DNA of 64,000 nucleotides from Phoronis australis. Lineage: Eukaryota; Animalia; Phoronida. Position 1 is the stretch's first letter. Each line of letters begins with the position of its first letter. The notes under the pieces are model-generated. The model was not told where the DNA came from. It searched no databases and saw nothing but the letters and a program-made list of their open reading frames with translations. Below are positions 50,601-62,262 of this stretch, in pieces. The stretch lies in contig NMRA01000390.1 of the NCBI GenBank assembly GCA_002633005.1, positions 145,544-209,543 of the forward strand, written 5' to 3'. The translations under genes and the position numbers were made by a program.

Positions 50601-52557
50601 ATAGTTTCTGACTGTCTTTGATGACAGCCAGTACATGTATGTAGCGCGCGCTTCCTGCACACACGTGCACTGGTCAAGTTTTTTTATTAGTCTTCGATTC
50701 GCAGTTTTCACATGTACAAAGAAATTTGGATTCCTGTTGACGGCAGGAAATATCTACAATACAATCCCGTTGACAAGTACACCGTGTCTGTTCTTAAAGG
50801 CCAGACCGTGGTACGACACAATCCTCGCAAGATCAGCAAAACTTTTGCGTTCTTTCTGAGGCACGGCAGAAGTTTGAAGTGTAGAGTCACAGCTAAATAC
50901 CGACATAGCGATGAGGCTCGTGGTCTACAAATTCCGCGCACAATGATTTTTTTTAGGTCTGTTGGATATTGAAGACTGTAGGTAAGGCATTTTTCGCACT
51001 GACACGTTCATGGACTAGGCGCTTATTTTAGCAAAGTCTGAAAACACGTTGGGGCGCTTCTAGGGGCATGGGCAGTTATTAAGGCGAATATGGTATGTGA
51101 CATTTGGGTATGACATATAGTCATATAAAGCCTCTCAAATAGCTTGCCAATTAATTGTCTCTTGGCGAAATGGTTTAGACATTCAACTCTGCCACGCCAC
51201 CAACCCGAGTTCAATACCCGCTGTCGGCATGCGGAATTCTCTACAAAAATATGTCAGAATGTCACATTTTTGTATGTACCATTTACTGGACTTTCAAATC
51301 TGTCTTATAAATGGCCGCTAAGCAAAGCATTTCTTACCCAGTTCATAATAAGTTCACGTCTTTCCTTGTATATCTGAAATCAAAAAATCCTAATCAATTG
51401 AAAGTCTTTGCAATGTTACAATCTGACTAATCGCACAGTAAATGAAATTTGTACAAAATACTCCTTTAACCTTCATGGCATTGCAGATTCCATTTTGTTT
51501 ACTCACAATGTTCAGATAATTAGGCACGTATACGAGTTGACTTGCAGACCCTTTAGCGTTTGTGTAAAGCTATATAAATATAACATTAGTCTCTTTTGGA
51601 GGACCTATGATATATATGATTTGGTGCCCATTTCACTACACACTGTTTTCACCTACTAGTAAGGGTGTCCCTTAGCCAACAAGATATTGTAACTTTGTAT
51701 TACGTCTGTAACGGGGCAGTATCTACGACCTAGGTGCCCCGACTTTACAAGCTCTGTGCAGACAGTAGATGAAAACTACTAGGAATTGGTGAATAATAGA
51801 TAGGTTTATATTAGGAATATTATATATAAGTACAATGTGTCACACTTACAATCACTCTAGTTGATACATGATCTAGTATGCGGGTCTATCTCAACGTTGT
51901 TATTTTTCTGAGGATTACAATACTCCGGCAGACCAGTCAGAAAGAAATGGGGGCAATTTAGTTATTGTTTCAAAACGTGCACAGCAACCAAGCTCAGAAA
52001 GAGCCCAAGAATTGCTGGGGACTAAATTATTGGCAATCAAGTATGGGAGATTATCGGGAAAGCTGCACAAATTGGGAATTGGTATGAGTTATAGTTATGG
52101 AGAATATGGAGTGGATGTTAACTCTGCGATTCGACTCTCAATTTCAAACGACGCGACATGATCTGAAGGGGCGAGAACCACATTCCTAGAATCTGGCAAA
52201 ATATGGTCACGTCCAGAGGAACACAGTGACAGTGTCTATTGTAGTGATCAGTCACTCGCTTATGACTTTTTTATGTCGCCTACTGGTAATGAGTAGATGA
52301 ACTCACACTGGCAACAGTGCACTTATCACTATGATATGGAAATGAAATACCTGCTCATTCGACGGCTTATTGACCATAGGAGTCCAATTACTGGCATAGG
52401 TTTTAAAGTTGCGAGACTGGAATTGAGTGGAAGGCGAACTTTTCTCACGCCGTCTCTGCGTGATAGTACCGAGCACTTTATCATCGTTTTCAGTGATTTT
52501 CATACTGCGACCCTTGTCCCTTCCTGGGGGAGCTGAGTTTGGACGGGACACTGACAT
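26565..52557 (-). CDS. ECT2L: ECT2-like protein (F-box, central DUF4347-like region, DH/RhoGEF, PH); 21 coding exons, about 1090 aa
   Basis: Phase-compatible GT-AG exons: 52351-52557, 51338-51373, 49459-49698, 47192-47323, 45346-45460, 44622-44866, 44290-44316, 43876-44003 (5' edge at N), 42960-43098, 41755-41870, 41128-41312, 40455-40544, 38427-38609, 37851-38038, 35937-36134, 35267-35481, 34878-35099, 33462-33684, 30248-30336, 29702-29874, 26565-26698. ECT2L-type motifs: [49 protein letters not shown]. Confidence 0.92.
26760..27190 (+). mobile_element. Family C repeat copy
   Basis: Similar to 19665-19700 and 20370-20600 (cagctagctgtatgaagact; cagtacgctcgt; gagatgacgacaactt). Confidence 0.6.
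27295..27614. mobile_element. Palindromic Penelope-LTR-like element with two inverted hammerhead-like motifs
   Basis: Inverted arms 27316-27426 / 27454-27564 and outer arms 27295-27318 / 27591-27614; each inner arm has CGACAAA-GACCTGG-loop-CCAGGTC-GAAAC. Confidence 0.6.
28980..29040. repeat. Tandem repeat, 13 bp x~4.5
   Basis: tatatgaacattg repeated. Confidence 0.9.
29049..29487 (+). mobile_element. 5'-truncated Penelope-like retroelement (GIY-YIG C-terminus plus hammerhead-bearing 3' region)
   Basis: RLRDRLKEH...SNIYTHC...LYIKESLAI...LN is a GIY-YIG tail; hammerhead core at 29411; flanking 15-bp direct repeat atatgaatccaatca at 29034 and 29488. Confidence 0.82.
29405..29447 (+). ncRNA. Minimal hammerhead ribozyme motif (degenerate)
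   Basis: CTGATGA-t-GTCTT-gttgaat-AAGAC-GAAA-tgttga; stem III looks like CpG-decayed GAAACGTCGA. Confidence 0.65.
29702..29874 (-). CDS. ECT2L: ECT2L exon 20 (PH)
   Basis: [27 protein letters not shown]...DIPDCK; donor GTGAGT. Confidence 0.88.
30248..30336 (-). CDS. ECT2L: ECT2L exon 19
   Basis: [30 protein letters not shown]; phases match both neighbours. Confidence 0.85.
30820..31222. repeat. Diverged minisatellite (~30-bp core)
   Basis: agtggcatgatctatatcactgagagtgac variants with a higher-order duplication. Confidence 0.9.
33462..33684 (-). CDS. ECT2L: ECT2L exon 18 (DH end)
   Basis: [32 protein letters not shown]...IVNCP. Confidence 0.9.
34150..34610 (+). mobile_element. Old Penelope-like remnant (GIY-YIG endonuclease, variant hammerhead-like motif)
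   Basis: LVQPKDKQP...[25 protein letters not shown] (frameshifted); CTTGATAAA-GTCAG-tagtgt-CTGAC-AAAAT at 34567-34596. Confidence 0.7.
34878..35099 (-). CDS. ECT2L: ECT2L exon 17 (DH)
   Basis: [26 protein letters not shown]...[10 protein letters not shown]. Confidence 0.92.
35267..35481 (-). CDS. ECT2L: ECT2L exon 16 (DH start)
   Basis: [22 protein letters not shown]...[14 protein letters not shown]. Confidence 0.92.
35937..36134 (-). CDS. ECT2L: ECT2L exon 15 (Asn-rich low-complexity linker)
   Basis: Open phase 0-0 exon between ccgtAG and GTATGC. Confidence 0.7.
36440..37007. mobile_element. MITE with GGGCTGTTCCAG TIRs (PIF/Harbinger-like)
   Basis: GGGCTGTTCCAGCAAAATCTG ... CAGATTTTACTGGAACAGCCC; aca on both flanks; internal gggtggt repeats. 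Confidence 0.72.
37190..37850. repeat. Diverged 21-bp minisatellite
   Basis: taccataccagggtggatgta-type units; explains the repetitive ORFs at 37279-37858. Confidence 0.92.
37851..38038 (-). CDS. ECT2L: ECT2L exon 14
   Basis: [27 protein letters not shown]...PLEFLGQFL. Confidence 0.85.
38427..38609 (-). CDS. ECT2L: ECT2L exon 13
   Basis: NTEWFMCE...[21 protein letters not shown]...VVSQVTG. Confidence 0.88.
39465..39506. mobile_element. 42-bp mini TIR element with a 7-bp TSD
   Basis: Perfect 15-bp TIR CAATGAGCTAAATAC / GTATTTAGCTCATTG flanked by CTTGGAA on both sides. Confidence 0.65.
40455..40544 (-). CDS. ECT2L: ECT2L exon 12
   Basis: [30 protein letters not shown]. Confidence 0.88.
41128..41312 (-). 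CDS. ECT2L: ECT2L exon 11
   Basis: SVGIFTH...[29 protein letters not shown]. Confidence 0.88.
41755..41870 (-). CDS. ECT2L: ECT2L exon 10
   Basis: [38 protein letters not shown]. Confidence 0.88.
42960..43098 (-). CDS. ECT2L: ECT2L exon 9
   Basis: ...[15 protein letters not shown] followed by GTGAGT. Confidence 0.85.
43255..43600. repeat. Minisatellite, 57 bp x~6
   Basis: gtacaacagcacaatagtacaactgtgtaatggtaaaacagtgtactg-type unit; explains the Cys/His-rich ORFs in all frames. Confidence 0.93.
43876..44003 (-). CDS. ECT2L: ECT2L exon 8 (5' boundary lost at N 44004)
   Basis: [43 protein letters not shown]; phase-2 donor matches exon 9. Confidence 0.7.
44005..44222. repeat. Minisatellite, ~20-bp unit
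   Basis: actaaccaatgtctacagtt repeated about 10 times. Confidence 0.92.
44290..44316 (-). CDS. ECT2L: ECT2L exon 7 (27-nt microexon)
   Basis: cttttctttgacAG|IKAMSHKLE|GTAAGT, phase 0-0. Confidence 0.6.
44622..44866 (-). CDS. ECT2L: ECT2L exon 6
   Basis: [18 protein letters not shown]...KHRALT followed by GTAAGT. Confidence 0.78.
45346..45460 (-). CDS. ECT2L: ECT2L exon 5
   Basis: [38 protein letters not shown]; phases fit both neighbours. Confidence 0.68.
47192..47323 (-). CDS. ECT2L: ECT2L exon 4
   Basis: [44 protein letters not shown]. Confidence 0.9.
47800..49262. repeat. 23-bp minisatellite spanning an N gap, interrupted by a MITE-like insertion
   Basis: aacccacaacatcacaccaatat arrays at 47800-47960 and 49174-49262; the intervening 48862-49173 ends in cccccccctaaatccgcctatg. 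Confidence 0.85.
49459..49698 (-). CDS. ECT2L: ECT2L exon 3 (F-box)
   Basis: [12 protein letters not shown]...[39 protein letters not shown]. Confidence 0.93.
49733..51095. mobile_element. TACCGTA-type TIR element carrying a decayed HIRAN-like ORF
   Basis: Left end tgtcgtattagccctaataact vs right end agttattaaggcgaatatggta (diverged inverted repeat). Confidence 0.55.
50694..50972 (+). pseudogene. HIRAN-like domain ORF remnant
   Basis: [17 protein letters not shown]...[35 protein letters not shown]...CRVT...GLQIP follows the RG.H.Y..IW.P..G / NP.D..AV.V / VGH.PR pattern with substitutions. Confidence 0.65.
51338..51373 (-). CDS. ECT2L: ECT2L exon 2 (36 nt)
   Basis: atttcAG|[12 protein letters not shown]|GTAAGA. 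Confidence 0.85.
52351..52557 (-). CDS. ECT2L: ECT2L exon 1
   Basis: [11 protein letters not shown]...[16 protein letters not shown] followed by GTATTT. Confidence 0.85.
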
Positions 52558-53794
52558 CGTCAACTTTTATCGCATCACTTGTGGCTTCCTACAGACTATA
52601 CTGCACCTAGGCAACACGCAGCCCCTCGCTGGGCATCCAAGGCGATGTAATTGCCTATACTTTCACAGCCACAGCTCCCCATTTTGAAAACATGCCGTAT
52701 ACGCATGCGTTTACACGCTGTAACGACGACAACAGCCAAAAGATGGCCCTCAACACAGTTACCGTAAAACCTCTAATACACGACGATTATTAAGTTATTT
52801 ATCTTCGGGAAAATTTCACAACGAACGCTTCGAATAAGGACAGTCGTTATTTTTGATAGTGTATTCTGCTCGTTAGTTATGACTACAACTGTAAATACTG
52901 TCAAAGATAATAAAAAGCATTGCTTTTCAAGAGCTGAAACTGAACCACGGGGCCGATATCATTATGATGTCACTCAGGACGGAGGGGGCCGCAGACGGGC
53001 TCAGTACGGAGGCCGGCCCACTCAGTTCTGCTATGAATAATGAAAAAAGCCTCTACTACCAAAACTAAAGATATACACTCATTTCAGTAGTGCGGTTCAA
53101 AAGTGATCATTTCCGAACTATACTTAGACAATCAACGAACCTCAGAAGGGCCCTGTTGTCTCGCCGCGGCCGGGGCTCCCGGCGAGGCTCGAGCGCCGGG
53201 CCGGGACCGTGCCCCGCAGTACTCATTAAGCTACACGTACTCAGAGACTCCCGGGCTGAAACCACTTGGAAAAACGTACCACATGTGGAGAATTTGTCGC
53301 TTACGGGTCACCGCTCAGATTCCCGCCGCGTAGATCTGGTGAGCTACAGACTGAGGTGATAGTTAGAACTGTCTCAACAATTATGGTTGTTATTACACCC
53401 AAATTGGTTTTCTCTGGCATTTGCACAGAGATATAGCCTCCAACTGTGGAGAGTAGTTTTAATTTGGTACATTTTAAAAATTACAAAATGACTAAAAAGT
53501 TGATTTGATACGTTTATCTTGATCGAGGACCACTTCCGAAAGGAACGATATCTTTATCATACCGGTTTTGATACTCCTGTCTACCTGTTGTGTACCGGGA
53601 ACGGCTTGATATATTTTTATTTTTAAATTTGAAGTACCAAAACAATGGTAGATTTTGATCGTCCGCGAAGCTTAATTAGTTAAGTTAATTGAACTTTGCA
53701 GATTACAGCTACACTAAACATTTCACAGAAATCAAATCATAACACAAGTATACAAAAGTACAAATAATGGTGAAGACTTGCAATTTCTTGACAA

Positions 53795-54731
53795 TTTCGG
53801 TTGCACTGACTACATAACTATTCTCATAGCTGTTTGTCAGTCATAACTAAAAATGAAGAGTGGTCAAAAGTTAAATACAACTGTTTCCAAGTCTAAAGGG
53901 ATTGAAAGAATATTAATCAAATAAATAATCCATGTGATATTGTTAACTCTGATCAGCGTTTGTAAATCCACCGCCCGATCATATCAATACACACGGTCGT
54001 TTATCTTCAATCGTTTAAAGTTTTTAGCTAATTAGTTCATTGATTTTAAAAATCGAAAACCTTACTTGGTTGTTTTTTTACCAGCGGTATACCACAGTGG
54101 TGTTGGTTTTTGATAAAATTATTAGTTAATGCATTTTAAAAATTGGCCATTATGTACAGGCAGAGATATTTACATCAGTTCGGGCAATTTCACGTAATTG
54201 GGTCTTGCTGGCTCCGGACAATGCAGTCACAGCTGTATCCGACTCACGCGCCGCACCCTTTTGAATCTCAGTAAAAGCTGTTTCGGTTGCACTAACTAAC
54301 TATTTTAGCTTGATGTCAGACATAAAAAATGAAGAGTGGGCACAAGTTAAGTACAACTGCTTCCTAGTATAAAAGTCTGGTTAAACGAGATTGAAAGAAT
54401 ATTAAAAGAATAATGCATGTGATATTGTTAACTTTGATCTAGTAGTACTGGTTCCTAGCTTTGATCAATATTTGTAAGCCCAAGGAGTAAATCAATGCGC
54501 ACCCAATGTTTTTAGCTTATTAGTTCATCAATTTTTGAAAATCGAAAACCATACTTGGTTCATTTTTCCAGCTGAATACTGTCGTGTTCGTTTTTAATGA
54601 AAGTTATTTTGAAAATTCGCCAATATGTACAGGCAAAGATGTTTACCGGTATTACCGTTTATGCTGGGTAATTACACTTAACTGGGTCTTGCTCGAACCG
54701 GACAATGGGGTCATCAGAACTGTATCAGACT
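53795..54731. repeat. Diverged tandem duplication (~450-bp unit x2)
   Basis: 53795-54245 vs 54281-54731: both start tttcggttgcact and end ctgtatc.gactc, with many substitutions and indels and no N. Confidence 0.8.
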
Positions 54732-55903
54732 CCGGCGGTAAAAGGCGCTCAGAAGGACGAGCGGCGAAAATTCCAGCATATCTTTAGAAATGCGGGACTT
54801 TCACGGCATGTTTGCCAAAAATTGAAGCTCATTCATTTTTAGACACAGTAGGTCACTGTGGACGATTGCATGAAACAGTCCCACATAGGGACGCAATTAA
54901 GTTCCATAATTAAATCGCTTGTGTATTCTTTTGTTACCCGTTCTTTACTCAGAAACTCACGAGCTCCTCTTTTGGCTAATGAAAAGCAAAAACTGTGCCC
55001 TCAATTCAATCAAAATAATTAGGGACCTAGTCCTTAAATTAGGGAATTGCATGAAAACATCTCTACGTATTTTCAAATATTGAAAATTCAATGTAGACTT
55101 CACTTTCGATTTGTATTAAAGCCCAAAATTGGTTTAGTAAAGATCCTCAAAAGGCATAAGAAAGGACGGCAGTGTTTTCACAAGCCCACAAATACACAGA
55201 AGATTTAGGCAACTTAGTTGAGTCCCTGTTTGGGATTGTTTCATGAAACCAGGCACTGGCACTTTTCAATATTTTTGCGTGAGCGTAAATATGTGCACAT
55301 ATTATGATACATGGTATGGTCATGGAAAACAAAAACAAATGTGAAAAACATAAAAGTGATAAAAACCACGGTCGACAGAAACTAAAGACATTGTCTAAGT
55401 TGGGACACAGCGCGTTTTTAAGACACACGGCATTTTACTTTAAAGCCAAGTAACCGGATAGATCCGCCTTTCTGGTACTTTGAACATTATTTTTCACACA
55501 AAGTTAAATAAATGTTGCCGATTATGATATCTGGCACCGGATATGTAAAATCTGGACAAAAAACGAACATCGATTCAATCGTTAAAGTAATCAACTAAAA
55601 TTGAAATTAAGATTAAATCAGTGACTGTGCGGAGACGATCGCGGATAACTCTAGACGATTGTCTGCGGTTCACTAGCTACTTCGTGATCAACGCAGTCAA
55701 CGTCATTGGGCAGGTGCATGGGTCAGCATTACTGGCCCCAGTTAGACACAAAATAAAGTTTGACTTGCGAACAGACAAATATTTTTCCATTCAGTCACGC
55801 CGCCATCTACACGAAGTAATCGCGGAAACTGGGACACAATGAGCAAACAGATTCAAAATGCGTTTCGGTTAATCATTGCTGGTGTGGCTACTAGATCACA
55901 CAA

Positions 55904-58900
55904 AATTTCGCGAGAGAGATAGGTCGGAGACCATACCAGGTGTGATGCAAATGGTAATTTTATATTAATTTGATGTCAAAGTCGACCTTCCACTTCAAAG
56001 TGGCGAAGCAGAGGGAATGAGGGTGAAGCGTGGACTGACTGCCCGGGCGTCACTCCTTCGAATTTTCGGTGCCTCCTTTGTCTTCACCAGTTTTTGTCAA
56101 GCAACGTCGTCCCCCGTTGCAAACAATTTTCGCTTGCTCGCACAATTTTCCTTTTCATGCCTCTAAAGTGACGCCCGAACCACAGTGACTCCCGCCGAAT
56201 ATTACAGGGGTTTTGCCAATTCGTTGAAAATCACCCCATTGTAATTACGTGAAAGTCCGTTTCATATAGCATGAACAAACAACCAGTGCGCGACCTCTGA
56301 TACCTTCCCGAAGTGTGTTTGGGTATTAGCCTGAAAATTTAGGCCCTACTTTCACATCCAGACCATGCTCGGTGCATGGAATACGTCATGTCAACTAGTA
56401 GCGCCTCGTTTCAAGCAATAACCAACTGTTAGTTCTTTCGAAGCCTTCAAATAAATTCAAACTAACTCAGGAAATATATATGTAATATATCACCAATCCC
56501 ATAACGGTAAATGGTCTTAATGAATAAATAAATAATAATAAATGGAAGCTAAATCGTTTCCTGCAGTTTGCTGCTCAAGTGTAAAGGTCGTCAAAATATA
56601 CAAGACCACGTTCAAGTATTCATCTGGATACGAGAAACGAGATGAGAAAAATATAACGTGAAAGCAGTTAGGATATTTGCCTGTTTAACTTGCTCCACCT
56701 GCTGTCATGAATAAGGCATAGTGGCGATCAAGTTGATAGTTGATAATTAGGCAGCAGCAATAAGCGTAACTGTAACCTGTAGTGTTTTAGACGATATTCA
56801 CGTAAAAACCGTATCACGTCTTCCCTAAAAAGAGGTTTTATAGACATTTTAAAGGGGACAGATTGAGCTGAAGTGTATGTTGTAACATTCAGAAATATAA
56901 AAACACAACACCATTTTATACGGCAGCATTTAATTGCGTTATATAATCAATATAAAGTAATATAAATATAAATAAATGTAGACACTAATCACAGTATAAC
57001 CAGGGCACCTCAAAAACGTGAGTAGTCGACAGTGAGGCATGTTTAAGACAAGAATTTTGCCTTGGTGTAAGCCAGATACATGGTGCAATCATGCAGAGTA
57101 TTCACGAGATGACTTGAGAAGGATGGGCAGAGTAGACACACCATAGAGAGCTAAACAACCTTAAGAATTACTTCAAATATCTTAAAAACAAAATATACAA
57201 ATACCATAACTATGCATGTTAGAACGACCGATTTATTACAAGTATACCAGTCCTTTCCTATTTAATGGCTACAAACCCAGGCGTTCCGTATAAGAATCGT
57301 TAACTTTTAATTTAGACCATCTACTGCCATACTAAATTGGCCTGGCTCTGCTCCATACTCAGCTGACAAGTGAGTTCTGCATTAGCGAAGAACTGACCGT
57401 TCGTTATTCCTTCACGAATAAAATGACAAAAAGACTGACACCATGACAATGAAACTTGTAGAGCCTTAATAGCTAAGAACCAATGTGATTGGTTCCTAGC
57501 TTGTAGGAAGCAATATGATTGGTTCCTAGATTGTAGGAAGCANATTTCGCGAAAGAGATAGGTCGGAGACCATACCAGGTGTGATGCAAATGGTAATTTT
57601 ATATTAATTTGATGTCAAAGTCGACCTTCCACTTCAAAGTGGCGAAGCAGAGGGAATGAGGGTGAAGCGTGGACTGACTGCCCCGGGCGTCACTCCTTCG
57701 AATTTTCGGTGCCCCTTTGTCTTCACCAGTTTTTGTCAAGCAACGTCGTCCCCCGTTGCAAACAATTTTCGCATGCTCGCACAATTTCCTTTTCATGCCT
57801 CTAAAGTGACGCCCGAACCACAGTGACTCCCGCCGAATATTACAGGGGTTTTGCCAATCCGTTGAAAATCGCCCCATTGTAATTACGTGAAAGTCTGTTT
57901 CATATAGCATGAAGAAACAACCAGTGCGCGACCTCTGATACCTTCCCGAAGTTTGTTTGGGTATTAGCCTGAAAATTTAGGCCCTACTTTCACATCCAGA
58001 CCATGCTCGGTGCATGGAATGTCATGTCAACTAGTAGCGCCTCGTTTCAAGCAATAACCAACTGTTAGTTCTTTCGAAGCCTTCAAATAAATTCAAACTA
58101 ACTCAGGAAATATATATATATCACCAATCCTATAACGGTAAATGGTCTTAATGAATAAATAAATAAAAAATAATAAATGGAAGCTAAATCGTTTCCTGCA
58201 GTTTGCTGCTCAAGTGTAAAGGTCGTCAAAATATACAAGACCACGTTCAAGTATTCATCTGGATACGAGAAACGAGATGTTTAACTTGCTCCACCTGCTG
58301 TCATGAATAAGGCATAGTGGCGATCAAGTTGATAGTTGATAATTAGGCAGCAGCAATAAGCGCAACTGTAACCTGTAGTGTTTTAGACGATATTCACGTA
58401 AAAACCGTATCACGTCTTCCCTAAAAAGAGGTTTTATAGACATTTTAAAGGGGACAGATTGAGCTGTAGTGTATGTTGTAACATTCAGAAATATAAAAAC
58501 ACAATACCATTTTATACGGCAGCATTTAATTGCGTTATATAATCAATATAAAGTAATATAAATATAAATAAATGTAGACACCAATCACAGTATAACCAGG
58601 GCACCTCAAAAACGTGAGTAGTGGACAATGTGAAGCATGTTTAAGACAAGAATTTTGCCTTGGTGTAAGCCAGATACATGGTGCAATCATGCAGAGTATT
58701 CACGAGATGACTTGAGAACGATGGGCAGAGAAGACACACCATAGAGAGCTAAACAACCTTAAGAATTACTTCAAATATCTTAAAAACAAAATATACAAAT
58801 ACCATAACTATGCATGTTAGAACGACCGATTTATTACAAATATACCAGTCCTTTCCTATTTAATGGCTATAAACCCAGGCGTTCCGTATAAGAATCGTTA

Positions 58901-59140
58901 ACTTTTAATTTAGACCATCTACTGCCATACTAAATTGGCCTGGCCCTGCTTCATACTCAGCTGACAAGTGAGTTCTGCATTAGCGAAGAACTGACCGTTC
59001 GTTATTCCTTCACGAATAAAATGACAAAAAGACTGACACCATGACAATGCAACTTGTAGAGCCTTAATAGCTAAGAACCAATGTGATTGGTTCCTAGCTT
59101 GTAGGAAGCAATATGATTGGTTCCTAGATTGTAGGAAGCA
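55904..59140. repeat. ~1.6-kb near-identical direct duplication across a single N (probable haplotype duplication)
   Basis: 55904-57542 vs 57544-59140 differ by scattered SNPs and small indels; N at 57543, next to a ~31-bp tandem repeat. Confidence 0.85.
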
Positions 59141-62100
59141 GTATGATTGGTTCCTAGCTTGTAGGAAGCAATAACGAATTGTCAGTTCTTCTGAAACCTT
59201 TAAACAAGTCCTTCCAGTTTTAAAGGCACAATACAGACCAATTTCATAACAATGAGTGGCCTAAAGCTAAGTTTAATTTTTGTGATAGAAGGAAGCATGG
59301 CTTTGATTACTGTAAAATTAATAGCCAAGGCAATAAAAAGATACCTGACATGAATTGTTTGCGATGACAAAACAACTGTTGGCTGGAGTCAAGGTTCAAG
59401 AAACACATTCAACACTTTTGTAAAACTAGTGCCTAGACTTCAAAGTGAAAGAAGGCAACCAGATGGTAACATTAAAAAAAGGAATTATGTAATGTAACGA
59501 TAACCAATGAAGGGTAATGCTCCCACAAAACACCAAGTATAATGCTGGTTAAATGGACTGGACTGAAGAATGTGTTTTTATGTTAATTTGGAATAGGAAA
59601 CTTGTGTTTAAGGTGTGTTGAGAAGAATACCCCACAGATGACTTAGATACTGACCCAAAACAAACAACACTGAAACATATCCAATCGAATACTTTAGTAA
59701 CTGAACCAATGAATTATAATAACAATATAGACTAAAAACTTCAGTAGAAGTTTTTAATTGATTCTACATTGTATGACTTAAATGTCCAAATAAACAATAC
59801 AGAACTATACACTTGGCCACTTACCAGTGAAGCATGCTAACCGTGAGATCATCCCAACCAAGCACCAGTTAAACCATATCACCAAAACTTAATATGAAAT
59901 AGTATAGTTATGATACATAATTTATCTGCAAACATGACTAAACAGGTATTTTTATGAATAAAGGTCAAAGAAGATATGCAATTTAAATATCGATACAAAA
60001 ATCTACCAATCACATAAGACAGTGCCTTCTTTTCACTTGGTTTAAGTCAGGGGAGATAATCTGAATGATTACAGAGGAATTTCATTGCTGGGTAACTGGA
60101 CATTTCTCTCAGACGTTTTGTTATGTATTAATAATTGGTCTGACCGAAATATCATTACTTCTGAAGTCCAGCCTCCAGGCTTAAGAACATTTTTCATTTT
60201 GAATGTCTTAACAGAATACATGCGCTTAAACTGAGGGGAAGACTTTGCTGTATGTTCAGTCTTCAATAGGGTCTCAGGGACTGGCATAAAATATAAATTT
60301 GTAAAATATGATGTAAGAAATATTAGAGAATGTGTTGAATAACATGTTATGTTCAGATTAGCCTGGAAATGTCACCATATCTTCTGCACACCGGGAGTGA
60401 GATGTCTGCAATATTTTCATTCATTTGGTTTATTAATGAACATGAATCATAAATCACAAATCAAGGACTTAATCAATTTTGTGGGCCACTTTAGACATGT
60501 TAAATCTGTACATTTTCTTGTTGCCAATTATTTAGTGTTATTTGCAGAAACAACAGTTACACTTGCAAAATTTATCAAAAATTTAGCAGACTAATGCAAA
60601 ATGTTGTGATTATCGGATAATTTTGTGACAAACTAAAAATATTGTTACAAGAAATAAGAATGCTAATTTTTGGCCATACATTCAGGAAGAACAGCACAAT
60701 GACAACAGCACATAACAATGTTGCAGCCAGAGGAGAAATGGGAAGAACAGAGTGAGGGCAATAAGATTATGCAAAATGATAAAATGGTGTTTTTAAGTTT
60801 TATTACCCTTAAAATAGACAGGTTGAAATGTGCTATTCTTATCTGTATGAGATGGCAGAGTTCAGTAAGAGTCTGTCAGGCATTTTACATTATGGATTTT
60901 GAGATTGTTTGGTGCTTCCAGGGGATTGGTAATGACACATTTTTTAACGTTTTCATACAGCACCACAACAATCATATTGAACTGTGACAAGAAAATGTAC
61001 AAGTTGGATGTATACAGATTAGTTATGGAAGCTCTTATGTTAGAAAATTGAGTTACTGGTTTAAAAATTGACACAGTACATGACTATGTATAGAAAAATA
61101 TTGGAAAGATATAAAAGCTCAAATAATTTATTAAGGACTGATTTTAGACATGTCCCTTGGAATTTCACAAGGAGATTATGGCCTTGTTGTGAGGTATAAG
61201 TTACTGAGTCTAGTGGATGTCATTATTAGTAGACATGTCCCTTGTACACTAACCTTTGATGTAAAGTTTACTGTCCCGTTGTTGTGAATAATGTAACCTT
61301 CTTGGTTTTTAATCAATGAAATTTTACTTTTCAGTTGTAATGTAATCTTGGTTTTTAATCAATGAAATTGTACTTTCCAGTTGTTATGAATGATGTAACC
61401 TTCGTTTTTAATCATAGGGATCTCAAAAATATGTCACCACTAAATCATTAAAGTTGCTGACTGCTCGACTTTGTAGCATTTTTGATTGTTTGAATTGTTT
61501 GGAAAGGAAATTAGACAACATTTTAAGAGTTTCAACAAAAACCACTCTTTTCAATTGACAAAAAAAACTTTGACAAAAATAAGCAGTCTTACCACCATGG
61601 CTTTTCTGAGGACACAGATTAATTGTTTCCGCAATTATTGCAAGAGAATGCAAGAACACAGGTATCTCGGGATATTTTTGTAGCCAAAGATTCGTTTCCA
61701 TGAATCACACATAAAAAATTGTTTGACTTGAATTATAACTGTCTCATTCCTTGATCTCGGGTCTCACAACTCATCTCAGAAATATTATTGTTATTACTAT
61801 GTTAATGTAGACTTCAGTCCATGCATAGAAAAAGTGAATATGAAAAATGTATTAGGTTAGTTACAGATTACTTACAAAAACACCAACATTGTGTGTGTGT
61901 GGTTTGGGCACTTTCCATTTGAGTTACATATGGACGGACTGATGCATTGCTCATCCACGCACATTTGTCAAGCTCATCAAATTTTCTGATTTCCGCACTA
62001 CAACCCCCTATGTCGCAATAGTACCTATAAAACTCTCCATAAGTACAAAACACATGGCAGGAAGATCTATGCCTTTTGCTACAGTTCGAAGATTGCAGCC

Positions 62101-62262
62101 ATTATTTTTTAACAAAAATGTCCTTGGGAAACTAACTAGTCTCAATCCACTCAAACTGGACATTAAGTACCAGAGGACATATACATACACGCAGAAGTCT
62201 TGATGACATAACCACCTACTAAGCAGCATCGGCATTTTATTCCAAGCACTTTTGAACTGCAT

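Noticed and set aside
55904-59140. Apparent recent tandem duplications (also 16434-17143 and 22875-23749)
   Set aside because: Each pair is joined by a single N and differs at allele-like levels, which is typical of unmerged contig overlaps.
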